From the human T2T-CHM13v2.0 reference genome, Homo sapiens: a DNA stretch of 64,000 nt. The notes beneath the pieces were generated by a model that made no database searches, was not told the DNA's origin, and was given only the letters and a program-made list of their open reading frames with translations. The stretch lies in assembly GCF_009914755.1 (NCBI RefSeq), contig NC_060938.1; one strand, 5' to 3'. Made by a program: the position numbers and the translations under genes. Position 1 is the stretch's first letter. The number at the start of each line of letters is the position of its first letter. Shown in pieces: positions 12,201 to 27,600 of this stretch.

Positions 12201-15200
12201 GTGAAAAAGAAATGTCTTCACATAAGAAGTAGATAGAAGCATTCTGATAAACTTTTTTGTGGTGTGTCCATTCATCTCATAGAGTTGAAACTTCCTTTGG
12301 ATTGAGCAGTTTGGAAACAGTCTTTTTGTAGAATTTGCAAAAAAAAATTGTGAGCCCTATATGGCCCATGGTGAAATAGGAAATATCATCACATAAAAAA
12401 TAGACAGAAGCTTTCTGAGAGACTACTTTGTGATGTTTACTTCCGTGTCACAAGGTTGAACCTTTCTTTTGATTGAGCAGTTTGGAAACACTCTTTTTGT
12501 AGAATCTACAAATGGGTATTTGGAGCACTTTGAGGCCTATGGTGAAAAAAGAAATATCTTTCCATAAAAACTAGACAGATGCATTCTGCAAAACTTCTTT
12601 GTGATGTGTGTATTCATCTCACAGAGTTGAATCTTTCTTTGGATTCAGCAGTTTTCTAAACAGTCCTTTTGTGGAACCTGCAAAGGGATATTTCTGAGCC
12701 CACTGAGTCCTATGCTGAAAAAGGAAATATCTTCACATAAAAACCAGGCAGAAGCATTCTGAGAAACTTCTTTCTGATGTGTGCATTCATCTCACAGAGT
12801 TGAACCTTTCTTTTGTTTGAACAGTTTGGAAACAGTCTTTTTTTTAGAATATGCAAACGGATATTTGTGAGCCTTTTACAGCCTATGGTGAAATAGGAAA
12901 TATCTTCACATAAAAACCAGACAGAAGCATTCTGAGAAACTTCTTTGTGATGTGTGTATTCATATCACAGAGTTGAACATTTCTTTGGATGCAGCAGTTT
13001 GGAAACAGTCTTTTTGTAGTATCTGCAGAGGGATATTCATGAGCAGTTTAAGGCCTATGGTTAAAAAGGATATATCTTCACAGAAAACCTCGACAGATCC
13101 ATTGTGAGAAACTTCTTTGAGATGTGTGCATTCATCTCACAGAGTTGAACCTTTCTTTGGATTGAGCAGTTTTCTAAACCGACCTTTTGTAGAATCTACA
13201 AAGTAATACTTCTGAGCCCTTTGAGGCCTATGGTGAAAAAGGAAATATTTTCACATGAAATCTTAACAGAAGCATTCTGAGAAACTTCTTTGTGATGTGT
13301 GCATTCATCTCACAGTGTTGAAACTTTCTTTTGATTGAGCAGTTTGGAAACAGTCTTTTTGTACAATCTGCAAAGGGATATTTCTGAGCCATTTGAGGCC
13401 TACTGTGAAAGAGAAATATCTTCATATAAAAACTAGCAAAAGCATTCTGAGAAACTTCTTTGTAATGTGTGCATTCATCACACAGAGTTGAAACTTTCTT
13501 TTGATTGAGAAGTTTGGGGACAGTCTTTTTGTATAATATGCAAAGGGATATTTGTGAGCCCTTTCAGGACTATGGTGAAATAGGGAATATCTTCACAAAA
13601 AAACTAGACAGAAGCTTTCAGAGAAACTTCTTTGTGTTGTGTGCTTTCGTCTCACAGAGTTGAACTTTTCTTTTGATTGAGCAGTTAGGAAACATTCTTT
13701 TTGTAGAATCTGAAGATGGATATTTGCAGCATTTCAGGCCTATGGTGAACAAGAAATGTCTTCACATAAAAACTAGACAGAAGCATTCTGAGAAACTTCT
13801 TTGTGATGTGTGCATTCATGTCACAGAGTTGAAACTTTCCATGGATTGAGCAGTTTGGAAAGAATTCTTTTGTAGAATCTGCAAAGGGATGTTTGTGAGC
13901 CCATTGGGGCCTATGGTGAAATAGGAAAGGTCTTCACATAAAAACTGGACAGAAGCTTCTTGTAAAACTTCTTTGTGCTGTGTGCTTTCACCACAAAGAG
14001 TTGAACCTCTCTTTTGATTGAGCAGTTTGGAAACACTCTTTTTGTAGAACTTGCAAACGGATATTTGGAGTGCTTTGAGGCCTATAGTGAAAAAGAAAAT
14101 ATCTGCATTTAAAAACTAGACAGAAACTTTCTGAGAAACTTCTTTGTGATGTGTCCTTTCATCTCACAGATTTGGACCTTGCTTTTCATTGAGCAGTTTG
14201 GCAACAAGTCGTTTTGTAGAAACTGCAAAGGGATATTTGTGAGCAGTTTGAGGCCTATGGTGAAAAAGTAAATATCTTCACCTAAAACCTAGACAGAAGC
14301 ATTTTGAGAAAACTCTTTGTGATGTTTGCATTCATCTCACTGAGTTGAACCTTTCTGTTCATTGAGCAGTGTGGAAACATACTTTTTGTGCAATCTGCAA
14401 AGGAATATTTGTTTGCGGTTTGAGACCTATGGTGAAAAAGTAATAACTTCACATAAAAACTAGACAGAAGCATTCTGAGAAACTAATTTTGTATGTATGC
14501 ATTGATCTCACAGAATTGAACCTTTCTTTTGATGAAGCAGTTTGGAAACAGTTTTTTGTAGAATCTGAATAGGGATATTTGTGATCCTTTTGAGGCCTAA
14601 GGAGAAATAGGAAATATCTTCACATAAAAACTAGACGGAAACTTTCTGAGAAAGTTCTTTGTGACTTGGGCTTTCATCTCACAGATGTGAACCTTTATTT
14701 TGATTGAGCAGTTTGGAAAGAGTATTTTGTAGTATCTGCAGAGGGCTATTAGTGAGCAGACAGGCTTATAGTGAAAAAAGAAGTGACTTCTCAAAAAAAC
14801 TATACAGAAGAATTCTGAGAGACTTCTTTGTAATGTGTGCATTTATCTTACAGTGTTAAACCTTTATTTTGATTGAGCTTTTTGGAAACACTCTTTTTGT
14901 AGCATCTGCAAGAGCATATTTTTGAGCCCATTGAGACCTATTTTTAAATATGAAATATCTTCACATAAAAACTAGATAGAAGGTTTCTAAGAAACACTTT
15001 TGTGAAGTGTGCTTTCATCTCACAGAATTAAACCTTTCTTTTCATTGAGCAGTTTGAAAACACTCTTTTTGTAGAATCTGCAAGTGGATATTTAGAGTGT
15101 TTTCAGGCCCATGGTGAAAAAGGAAGTATCTTCACATAATAACCAGACAGAAGCATTCTGAGAAACTTCTTTGTGATGTGTGCATTCATCTCACAATGTT

Positions 15201-17036
15201 GAACGTTTCTTTTGATTGAGCAGCTTGGAAACAGAACTTTTGTAGAATCTGCAAAGGGATATTTGTGAGCACATTGATTCCTATGGCAAAATAGGAATTA
15301 TCTTGAGATAAAAGCTAGACAGAAGATTTCTGAGAAACTTCTTTGTGATGTGTGCATTCATCTCACAGTGTTGAAACTTTATTTTGTTTGAGCAGTTTAG
15401 AAACAGTCTTTTCCTGCATTCTGCAAAGGTGTATTTCTGAGCCATTTGAGGTCTATGTGAAAAAGAAATATCTTCACATTTAAACTAGACAGAAGCATTC
15501 TGAGGAACTTCTTTGTGATGTCTTCATTCATCTGACAGAGTTGAAGGTTTCTTTTAATTCACACTTTTGAAACCATATTTTTGTAGAATCTGCAAAGGGA
15601 TATTTTTGAGACATTTGAAGCTTATAGTGACATAGTAAATATCGTCACATAAAAACTAGACAGGAGAATTCTGAGAAACTTCATTCTGATGTGTGCATTC
15701 ACCTCACAGAATTTAAGCTTTCTTTTGATTGAGCAGTATGGAAATGGTTGTCTTTTAGAATCTGGAAAGGGATATTTCTTAGCCCTTTGAGGCCTACGGT
15801 GAAACTGGAAATATCTTTACATGAAAACTAGACCAAAGCTTTCTGAGAAAGTTCTTTGAGATGTGTGCTTTCATCTCACAGAGTTAAAACTTTCTTTTGA
15901 TTGAGCAGTTTGGAAACACTCTTTTTGTGATATCTGTAAATGGATATTAGGAGTGCTTTGAGGCCAATGGTGACAAAGGAAATATCCTCACATAAAAACT
16001 AAACAGAAATTTTATGAGAAATTAGTTTTTGATGTGTCCATTAATCTAACAGAGTTGAAACTTTCTTTTTATTGAGCAGTTTGGATACAGTCTTTTTGTA
16101 GAATCTGCAAAAAAATATTTGTGAGCCCTTTATTGCCTATGGTGAAATAGGAATTTTCTTCACATATAAACTAGAAAGAAGCATTCTGAGAAACTTCTTT
16201 GTGATGTGTGCATTCATCTCTCATAGTTGAAACTTTCTCTGGATTGAGCAGTTTGGAAACAGCCCTTTTGTAGAATCTGCAAAGGGATATTTCTGAGTGT
16301 GTTGAGTACTATGGTGCAATGTGAAATATCTTCACATAAAAACTAGAAAGAAGCTTTCTAAGAAACTTCTTTGTGATGTGTGCTTTCATCTCACAGAATT
16401 GAAACTTTCTTTTGATTGAGGAGTTTGGAAACACTCTTTGTCTAGAATCTGCAAATGGATATTTTGAGCGCTATTGAGGCCCATGGTGGAAAACGAAATA
16501 TCCTCACATAAAAACTAAACAGAAGCTTTCTCAGAAACTTCCTTGTGATGTGTGCATTCATCTCACAGAGTTGAACCTTTCTTTTGATTGAGCAGGTTAG
16601 AAAGAGGCTTATTGTACAATCTTCAAAGGGATAATTCTGATCCTTTTGAGGCCTATGGTGAAAGAGAAATATCTTCACATAAAAACTAGATAGAATCATT
16701 CCAAGAAATTTCTTTGTGATGTGTCCATTCATCTCACAGAGTTGAACCTTTCTTTTGATTGAGCAGTTTGGAAAGTCTTTTTGTAGAACCTTCAAAGGGA
16801 TATTTGTGAGCCCTTTATAGCCTCAGTTAAAATAGGAAATATCTTCACATACAAACTAGAGAGAAGTTGTCAGAGTAACTTTTTTGTGATGTGTGCTTTC
16901 ATCTCACAGAGGTAAAAATTTGTTTTGATTGATCAGTTTGGAAACAGTCTTTTTGTAGAGTCTGCAAATGGATGTTTGGATTGCTTTGAGGCCTATGTTG
17001 AGAAAGGTAATATGTTCACTAAAAACAAGACAGAAG
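9207..17036 (+). repeat. Monomeric alpha satellite (A-type, pJalpha box)
   Basis: Diverged 171-bp monomers; box position reads CTATGGTGAAAAAGGAA rather than the CENP-B box TTCGNNNNANNCGGG. Confidence 0.97.
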
Positions 17037-17487
17037 ACTGGATTAAGAAAATGTGGCACATATACACCATGGAATACTATGCAGCCATAATAAATGATGA
17101 GTTCATGTACTTTGTAGGGACATAGATGAAATTCGAAATCATCATTCTCAGTAAACTATTGCAAGAACAAAAAACCAAACACTGCATATTCTCACTCATA
17201 GGTGGGAATTGAACAACGAGAGCAACACATGGACACAGGAAGGGGAACATCACACTCTGGGGACTGTTGTGGGGTGGGGGGAAGGGGGAGGGATAGAATT
17301 GGGAGATATACCTAATGCTAAATGACGAGTTAGTGGGTGCAGCACACCAGCATGGCACATGTATACATATGTAACAAACCTGAACATTGTGCACATGTAC
17401 CCTAAAACTTAAAGTATAATAATAATAAATAAAAAAAAACTAACTTTAAAAATAGTAAAATAAAGTGATGAAAATAAAAAAAAAAAA
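17037..17487 (+). mobile_element. 5'-truncated L1PA (L1PA2/3-like) 3' end with double A-tail
   Basis: ACTGGATTAAGAAAATGTGGCAC (DWIKKMWHIYTMEYY) through ...CCCTAAAACTTAAAGTATAATAAT, A-run, 31 extra bases, second A-run; alpha register resumes at (AAG)ATTCCTGAGAAA; no clear long TSD. Confidence 0.93.
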
Positions 17488-20400
17488 GATTCCTGAGAAA
17501 CTCCTCTGTTATGTGTGCATTCATCTCACCAGTTTGAAACTTTCTTTTGATTGAGCAGTTTGGAAACAGTCTTCTTGTACGATCTACAAAGGGATATTTC
17601 TGAACGGTTTGATGCCTATGGTGAAAAAGAAATATCTTCACATAAAAACTAGACAGAAGCATTATGATAAACTAATTTATTATGTGTGCATTCGTCTCAC
17701 AGAGTTGAACCTTTCTTTTCATTTAGCAGTTCAAAAACTGTCTTTTTGTAGAATCTGCAATGGGATATTTGTGAGATCTTTGAGGCCCATGGTGACATAG
17801 GAAATATCTTCACAAAAAAAAGTAGAGAGAAGCATTATGAGAAACTTCTTCGTGATGTGTACTTTCTTCTCACAGATTTGAATCTTTCTTTTAATTGAAC
17901 AGTTTGGAAACTCTCTTTTTGTAGAGTTTGCAAAAGGATATTTGGAGTGCTTTGAGGCCTATGGTGAAAAAGGAAATATTTTCACTTAAAAAACTAAACA
18001 GAAGCTTTCTGAAAAACTTCTCTGTGATGTGAGTATTCATGTCACAGTGTTGAACCTTTGTTTTCATTGAGCAGTTTGGAAACCATCTTTTTGTACAATC
18101 TGCAAAGGAATATTTCTGAGCAGTTTGAGGCCTACGGTGAAAAACAAATATCTTAAAACAAAAACTAGACAGAGGCATTCTGAGAAACTTCTTATTCATG
18201 TGTGCATTCATCTCCCAGAGATGAACCTTTCTTTTCATTGAGAAATTCGGAAACAATCTTTTGTAGAATTTGCAAAAGGATATATGTGAGCCCACTGAGG
18301 CCAATGGTGAAATGGGAAATATCTTCACAGAAAAACTATACAGAAGCATACCGAGAAACTTCTTTGTGATGTTTGCATTCATCTCACAGGTTGAAATTTC
18401 CTTTTGATTGAGCAGTTTGGAAAAACTCTTTTTGAAGTATCTGCAAATGGATATTTGGAGCACTTTGGAAAAACTCTTTTTGAAGTATCTGCAAATGGAT
18501 ATTTGGAGCACTTTGTGGCTTGTGGTGAAAAACTAAATATCTTCACATAAAATCTAGTGAGAAACTTTCTGAAGAACTTCTTTGTGATGTGTGTTTTCAT
18601 CTCACAGAGTTGAAAATTTCTTTTGATTGAGCAGTTTGGAAACACTATTTTGTAGAATCTGCAAATCGATATTTGGATTTCTTTGAGGCCTATCGTTAGA
18701 AGGGAAATATCTTCACATAAAAACTAGACAGAAGATTTCTGAGAAACTTCTTTGTGATGTGTGCTTTCATCTCACAGACTTTAACTGTTCTTTTGATTGA
18801 GCAGTTAGGAAACATTCTTTATCTACAATCTGCAAAGGGATATTTCTGAGGGGTTTGCGTCCTATGGTGAAAAAGAAATATCCTCCCATAAAAACTAGAC
18901 AGAAGCATTCTGAGAAACTTCTTTGTGATGTGTGCTTTCATCTCACAGGTTTGAGCCTTTCTGTTGATTGAACAGTTTGGAAACAGTATTTTTGTACAAT
19001 CTACAAAGGGATATTTCTGAATGGTTTGATGCCTATGGTGAAAAAGAAATATCTTCACAAAAAAACTAGACAGAAGCATTCTGAGAAACTTCTTTTTTAT
19101 GTGTGCATTTGTCTCACAGAGTTGAACCTTTCTTTGCATGGAGCAGTTCGAAAACAGTCTTTTTGTAGAGTCTGCAAAGGGATATTTGTGAGCTCTTTGA
19201 GGCCTATGGTGAAATATGAAATATCTTCACATAAAAACCAGACAGAAGCATTATGAAGAACTTCTTTGTGATGTGTGGTTTCATCTCACAGAGTTGAACC
19301 TTTCTTTGCATTTGACAGTTTAGAAACAGTCTTTTTGTACAATATGCAAAGGGATATTTTTGAACGGTTTGAGGCCTATGGTGAAAAATAGTTATGTCAG
19401 ATAAAAACCAGACAGAAGCATTCTGAGAAACTTCTTTTTCATGTGTGCATTTATCTCACAGAATTGAACCTTTCTCTTCATGTAGCTGTTTGGAAACAGT
19501 CTTTTTGTAGAATCTGCAAATGGATATTTGGAGCATTTTGAGGCCTGTGGTGAAAAAGGAAATATCTTCACATAAAAACTAGACAGAAGCATTCTGAGAA
19601 ACTTCTTTGTGATATGTGCATTCATTTCACAGAGATGAAGCATTCCTTTGATTGAACAGTTTTCAAGTAGTCTTTTTGTAGTATCTGCAGAGGGATATTT
19701 GGGAGCCATTTAAGGCCTATGCTGAAAAACGAAATATCTTCACATAAAAACTAGACAGAGGCATTCTGAGAAACTTCTTTACGATATGCACATTCATCTC
19801 ACAGAGTTGAGCCTGTCTTTTCATTGAGCAATTTGGAAACAGTCTTTTTGTACAATCTGCAAAGGGATATTTCTTAGCAGTTTGAGGCCTATGGTGAAAA
19901 AGTCATATCTTCACATAAAAACTAGGCAGAAGCCTTCTGAGAAACTTCTTTGTGATATGTCCATTCATCTCATAGAGTTGAAACTTTGTTTTGATTGAGC
20001 TGTTTGGAAACAGGCTTTTTGTAGAGTCTGCAAAGGGATATTTGTGAGACTTTTATGGCTTATGGTGAAATAGGAAATATCTTCACATAAAAACTAGAAA
20101 AATATTCTGAGAAACTTACTTGTGATGTGTACTTTCATCTCACAGAGTTGAAACTTTCTTCTGAATGAGCAGTTTGGAACGAGGCCTTTTGTAGTATCTG
20201 AAAAGAGATATTTTTGAGCCCATTGAGGCCTATGCTGAAAGAGGAAATATCTTCACATATAAGCTAGCTAAAAACTTTCTGAGAAAATTCTTTGTGATGT
20301 GTGTTTTCATCTCACAAAGTAGAATCTTTCTTTTCATTGAGCAGTTTGGAAACAGTCTTTTTGTAACAGCTGCATAGGGATATTTCTGAGTGGTTTGAGG

Positions 20401-20821
20401 CCTATGGTGACAAAGAAATATCTTCACATAAAAACTAGACAGAAGCATTCTAAGAAACTTCTTTTTTAGGTGTGAATTCATCTCACAGAGTTGAAACTTA
20501 CTTTTCATTGAGCAGTTCTATAACAGTCTTTTTGTAGAATCTGCAAAAGGATATTTGTGAGCCCTTTGAGGTCTATGGTGTAACAGGAAATACCTTCACT
20601 TAAAAACTAGACGGAGGCATTCTGAGTAACTTCTTTGTGATTTGTGATTTCATCTCACAGAGTTGAACCTTTCTTTTGATTGAGCAGTTTGGAAAAAATC
20701 TTTTTGTACAATCTGCAAAAGATATTTGGTGCACCTTGTGGACTATGGTGAAAAAGGAAATATCTTCACATAAAAACTAGAAAGAAACTTTCTGAGAAAC
20801 TTCTTTGTGATGTGCACTTTC
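17488..20821 (+). repeat. Monomeric alpha satellite with remnant 8-mer periodicity
   Basis: 171-bp monomers; contains a 48-bp tandem duplication at 18416-18511. Confidence 0.97.
18416..18511 (+). repeat. Perfect 48-bp tandem duplication inside an alpha monomer
   Basis: TTTGGAAAAACTCTTTTTGAAGTATCTGCAAATGGATATTTGGAGCAC twice, followed by TTTG. Confidence 0.95.
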
Positions 20822-22397
<1,576 letters not shown>

Positions 22398-22400
<3 letters not shown>

Positions 22401-24613
22401 GAGAAACTTCTTTGTGATGTGTGCATTCATCTCACAGAGTTGAACCTTTCTTTTGATTGAGCAGTTTGGAAACAGTCTTTTTGTAGAATCTGCGAAGTGA
22501 TATGTTTCAGTGCTTTGAATCCAATGGTGAAAAAGGACATATCGAAAAATAAAATGTAGACAGCAGCTTTCTGAAGAACTTCTTTGTGATGTGTGCATTC
22601 ATCTCACAGAGTTGAAACTTTCTTTTGATTCACCAGTTTGGAAACAGTCTTTTCGTAGAACCTGCAAAGTGATATCTGTGAACGCTTTGATGCTTATGGT
22701 GAAAAAGGAAGTATCTTCATATAAAAACTAGACTCATGTTTTCTGGGAAACTTCTTTGTGATGGGTGTATGCATCTCAAAGACTTGAATCTTTCTTTTGA
22801 TTGAGCAGTTTGGAAACAGTCTTTTTGGAGAATCTGCAAATGGATGTTTTTGAGTGTTTTGAGGCATGTGATGAAAAAGGAAATATCTTCATATAAAAAC
22901 TAGACAGAAGCATTCTAAGAAACCACTTTGCGATGCATGCATTCATCTCACAGAGTTTAATTTTCTTTCATTGAGCAGATTGGAAACAGCCTTTTTGTAG
23001 AATATGCAAAGTGATATTTGTGAGCTTTCTGAGGCCTATTGTGAAAAAGGAAATATCCACAAATAAAATCTAGACAGAAGCCTTCTGAGAAACTTCGTTG
23101 TGATGTGTGCATTCATCACACAGAATTGAACCTTTCTTTTGATTGAGCAGTTTGGAAACAGTCTTTTCATAGAATCTGCAAAGGAAAATTTGGGAACACT
23201 TTCAGGCTTATGGTGAAAAAGAAGTGTCTTCACATAAAAACTAGACAGAAACATTCTGAGAAACTTCTTCTTCATGTGTGCATTCATCTCACACAGCTGA
23301 ACTTTCATTTGATTGAGCAGTTTGGAAACAGTCCTATTGTAGAATCTGCAAAGGGTTATTTATGAGCTGTTTGAGGCCTATGGTGAAAAAGGGAGTATCA
23401 ACAAATAAAAACTAGACAGAAACTTTCTGAGAAACTTCTCTCTGATATGTGCATTCATCTCACAGAGTAGAAGCTTCCTTTGATTGAGCCATTTGGAAAC
23501 AGTCTTTTTGTAGAATCTGCAAAGGGTTATATATAGGTGGTTTCAGGTCTATGGTGAAAACGGAAATATCTTCACATAACAACTAGACAGAAGCTTTCTG
23601 AGAAAATTATTTGAGATGTGCACATTCATCTCACAGATTTGAAGTGTTCTTTTCCTTGACCAGTTTGGATAGAGTTTTTTTGTAGAATCTGCTTTGCGAT
23701 ATTTGTGAGCTCTTTGAAGCCTATGGTGAAAAAAGTAATATCTTCACACAAAAACGAGACAGAAGCTTTCTGAGAAACTTCGTTGTGATGTGTGCATTCA
23801 TCCCAAAAGTTGAACCTGTCTTTGGATTGAGCAGTTTGGAAACGGTCCTTTGTAGAATGTACAAAGGGATATTTGGGATCCCTTTTTGGCCTATGGTGAA
23901 AAAGGAAATGTCTTCAGATACAAACTAGACAGAAGCATTCTGAGAAACTTATTTTTGATGTGTGCATTCTTCTCACAGAGTTAAACCTTTCTTTAGATAG
24001 AGCAGGTTGGAAAATGTCTTTTTGTAAAATCTGCAAAGTGATAATTTGAATGCTTTGAGACTTATGGTGAAAAAGGAAATATCTTCACATAAAAACTGGA
24101 CGGAAGCTTTCTGAGAAACTTCTTTGTGATGTGTGCATTCATCTCAAAGAGTTGAAGCTTTGTTTCAGTTGAGCAGTTTGGTAACAGTCTTTTTGTAAAA
24201 TCTGTAAAGGGACATTTGTGAGCACTTTGAGGCCTATATTGAAAAAGGAAACAACTTCAAATAAAAACTAGACAGAAGCTTTCTGAGAAACTTCTTTGTG
24301 ATGTGTGCATTCACCTCACAGAGTTGAAACTTTCTTTTGATTGAGTAGTTTGGAAACAGTCTTTTTGTAGAATCTGCAAAGGGTTATTAATGAGCGGTTT
24401 GAGGCCTATGGTGAAAAAGGGAGTATCAACAAATAAAAACTAGACAGAAACTTTCTGAGAAACTTCTCTGTGATGTGTGCATTCATCTCACAGAGTGGAA
24501 GCTTTCTTTGATTGAGTAGTTTGGAAACACTCTTTTTGTAGAATCTGCAAAGGGATATATGTAGGCGGTTTGAGGTCTATGGTGAAAACGGAAATATCTT
24601 CACATAAAAACTA
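22398..24613 (+). repeat. Monomeric alpha satellite
   Basis: 171-bp monomers ending at CACATAAAAACTA, where orientation switches. Confidence 0.97.
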
Positions 24614-27600
24614 ACTGCTTAATGGGAAGAAATTTTTACTTCTGTGTGATAAATGCACATGTCACAAATGAGTTACTCAGAAAACTTCTTTCTACTTTTA
24701 ATGTGAAGAGATTTCCTTTTTCACCATATGCCTCAATGCACTCACAGATATCCTTTTGCAGATTCTACAAAAAGATTGTTTCCAAACTGCTCAATAAACA
24801 GAATGGTTCAACCCTGTGAGACGAATGTGTATATCACAAAGAAGTTTCTCAGAAAACTTCCTTCTGAGTTTTATTTGAAGATATTTCCTTTCTGAACATA
24901 GGCCTCAATGCACTCCCAAATATACCTTTGCAGAGTCTACAAAAAGACTGTTTCCAAACTGCTCAATCAAAAGAAAGTTTCAACTCTGTTAGATGACTGA
25001 ACACATCAGAAAGTAGTTTCTCAGCAAGCTTCTCACTAGTTTTTATGTGAAGATTCTTCCTTTTTCAACGTGGGTCTCAAAGCACTCAAAAATATCCCTT
25101 GCAGACTCTAGAATAACAGAGTTTACAAACTGCTCAATGAAAAGAAATGTTTACATCTGTGAGATGAGTACACATATCTTAAAGCAGCTACTCAGAATGC
25201 TTCTTTCTAGTTTTTATGTGAAGATATTTCCTTTTCCACCATAGGCCTCAACTTGCTCCTAAATATCCCTTTGCAGATTCTACAAAAAGACTGTTTCCAA
25301 ACTGCTCAATCAAAACAAATGTTAAACTCTACGAGATAAATGCACACATCAAAAAAAGTTTCTCGGAAAACTTTTGTCTAGTTTTTATGTGAATATATTT
25401 CCTTATTCACCATAGGCCTCAAAGTGCTACAAATATCCCTCTGCAGATTCTACAAAAAGACTGTTTGGAAACTCCTCAATCAAAAGAATATTTCAACTCT
25501 GTGTGATGAATGCACACATCCAAAGAAGTGTCTCAGAAACTTTCTTTATGGTTTATCTGTGAAGATATTTCATTTTTCAACATAGGCCTCAAAGACCTCA
25601 CAAATATCCCTTTGCAGATTCTACAAAAAGACTGTTTCCAAACCGCTCAATAAAAAGAATTATTGAACACTGTCAGATGAATGCACACAGCTCAAAGAAG
25701 TTTCTCAGAATCCTTCAGTGTAGTTTTTATGTGAATATGTTTCCTTTTTCATGATAGGCCTCAAAGTGCTCCAAATATCCATTTGCAGAGTCTACAAAAA
25801 GACTGTTTCCAAACGGCTCAATAAAAACAAAGGTTCAACTCTGTGAGATGAATGCACATGTCAAAAAGTGGTTTCTCAGAAAGCTTCTATTAATTTTTTA
25901 TGTGAATGTTTCCTTTATCCCCATGAGCCTCAAGGTGCTCACAAGTATCCACTTGAAGAATATTTAAAAAGACTGTTTCCAAACTGCTCAATCAAAAGAA
26001 AGGTTGAACTGTGTGAGATGAATGTACACATCACAAAGAAGTTTCTCAGAAACCTTCTTTATAGTTTTTCTGTGAAGGTATTTCATTTTTCACCATAGAC
26101 CTCAAAGCCCTCACAAATATCTCTTTGCAGATTCTACAAAAAGATTGTTCCAAATCGCTCAATAAAAAGAATTATTGAACTTTGTGAGATGAATGCACAC
26201 ATCTCAAAGAAGTTTCTCAGAAACTTTCAGTCTGGTTTTTATGTGAATATATTTCATTTTTCACCATAAGCCTCAAAGTGCTCCAAATATCCATTTGCAG
26301 AGTCTACAAAATGACTGTTTCCAAATGGCTCAATGAATAGAAAGTTTCAACTCTGAGATGAATCCACAAATCACTAAGAAGTTTCGCAGGAGGCTTCTGT
26401 CTAATTTTTATATGAAGACATTTCCTTTTTCACCATAGGCCTCCATCTGCTCACAATTATCCCTTAGAAGATACTACAGGAACAGAATTTCCAGACTGAT
26501 CAAAGAAAACAAACGTTTTTCTCTGTGAGATGAATGCACACATCACAAAACTGTTTCTCAGAAACCTTCTTTATACTTTTTATGTGATGATATTTCTTTT
26601 TTCTCCCTAGGACTCAAAGAGCTCAAAAATATCCCTTTGCAGATTCTACAAAAAGATTGTTTCCAAAGTGCTCAATCAAAAAAATAGTTCAACTCTGTGA
26701 GATGAATGCGTACATCACAAAGAAGTTTCTCAGAAACCTTCTTTTTAGTTTTTATGTGAAGATATTTCCTTTTCCACCACAGGCCTAAATGCTCAGGAAT
26801 ATCCCTTTGTAGATTCTGCAAAAAGACTGCTTCCCAACTGCTCAATCAAATAAATGGTTGAACTCTGTGAGATGGATGCACACATCTCAAAGAGGTTTCT
26901 CAGAAATCTTCTGTCCATTTTTTATGTGAAGATATTTCCTTTTTCACCATAGCACTCCAAGTAGTGACAAATATCCCTTGCAGATTCTATAAAAACACTC
27001 TTTCCAGACTGCTCAATGAAAAGAATGGTTCAACTCTGTGAGATGATTGCACACATCACAAAGAAGCCACTAAGAAAGCTTCTGTCTAGTTTTTTATGTG
27101 AAGATAGTTTCTTTTTCACCATAGGCCTCAAAGCACTCACAAATATCCCTTTGCAGATTCTACAAGAACAGAGTTTTCCGACTGATCACAGAAAATAAAC
27201 GTTTACCTCTCTGAGATCAATGCACACACCACAAAGCTGTTTCTAAGAAACCTTCTTTATACCTTTTATATGAATATATTTCCTTTTTCACCATTGGCCT
27301 CAAAGCTCTCATAAATATCCCTTTGCAGATTCCACAAACAGACAGTTTCCATACTGCTCAATCAAAAGTAAGTTTCAACTTTGTGAGATGAATGTCCACA
27401 TCACAAAGAGGTTTCTCAGAAAGCCTCTCTCTAATTTTTATGTGAAGATATTTCCTTTATCACCATAGGCCTCAAAGCACTCACAATTATCCCTTTGCAG
27501 AATCTACAAGAACAGTTTCCAGACAGATCAGAGAAAAGAAACGTTTACTTCTGTGAGATGAATGCATACATCATAAAGCTGTTTCTGAGAAACCTTGTTT

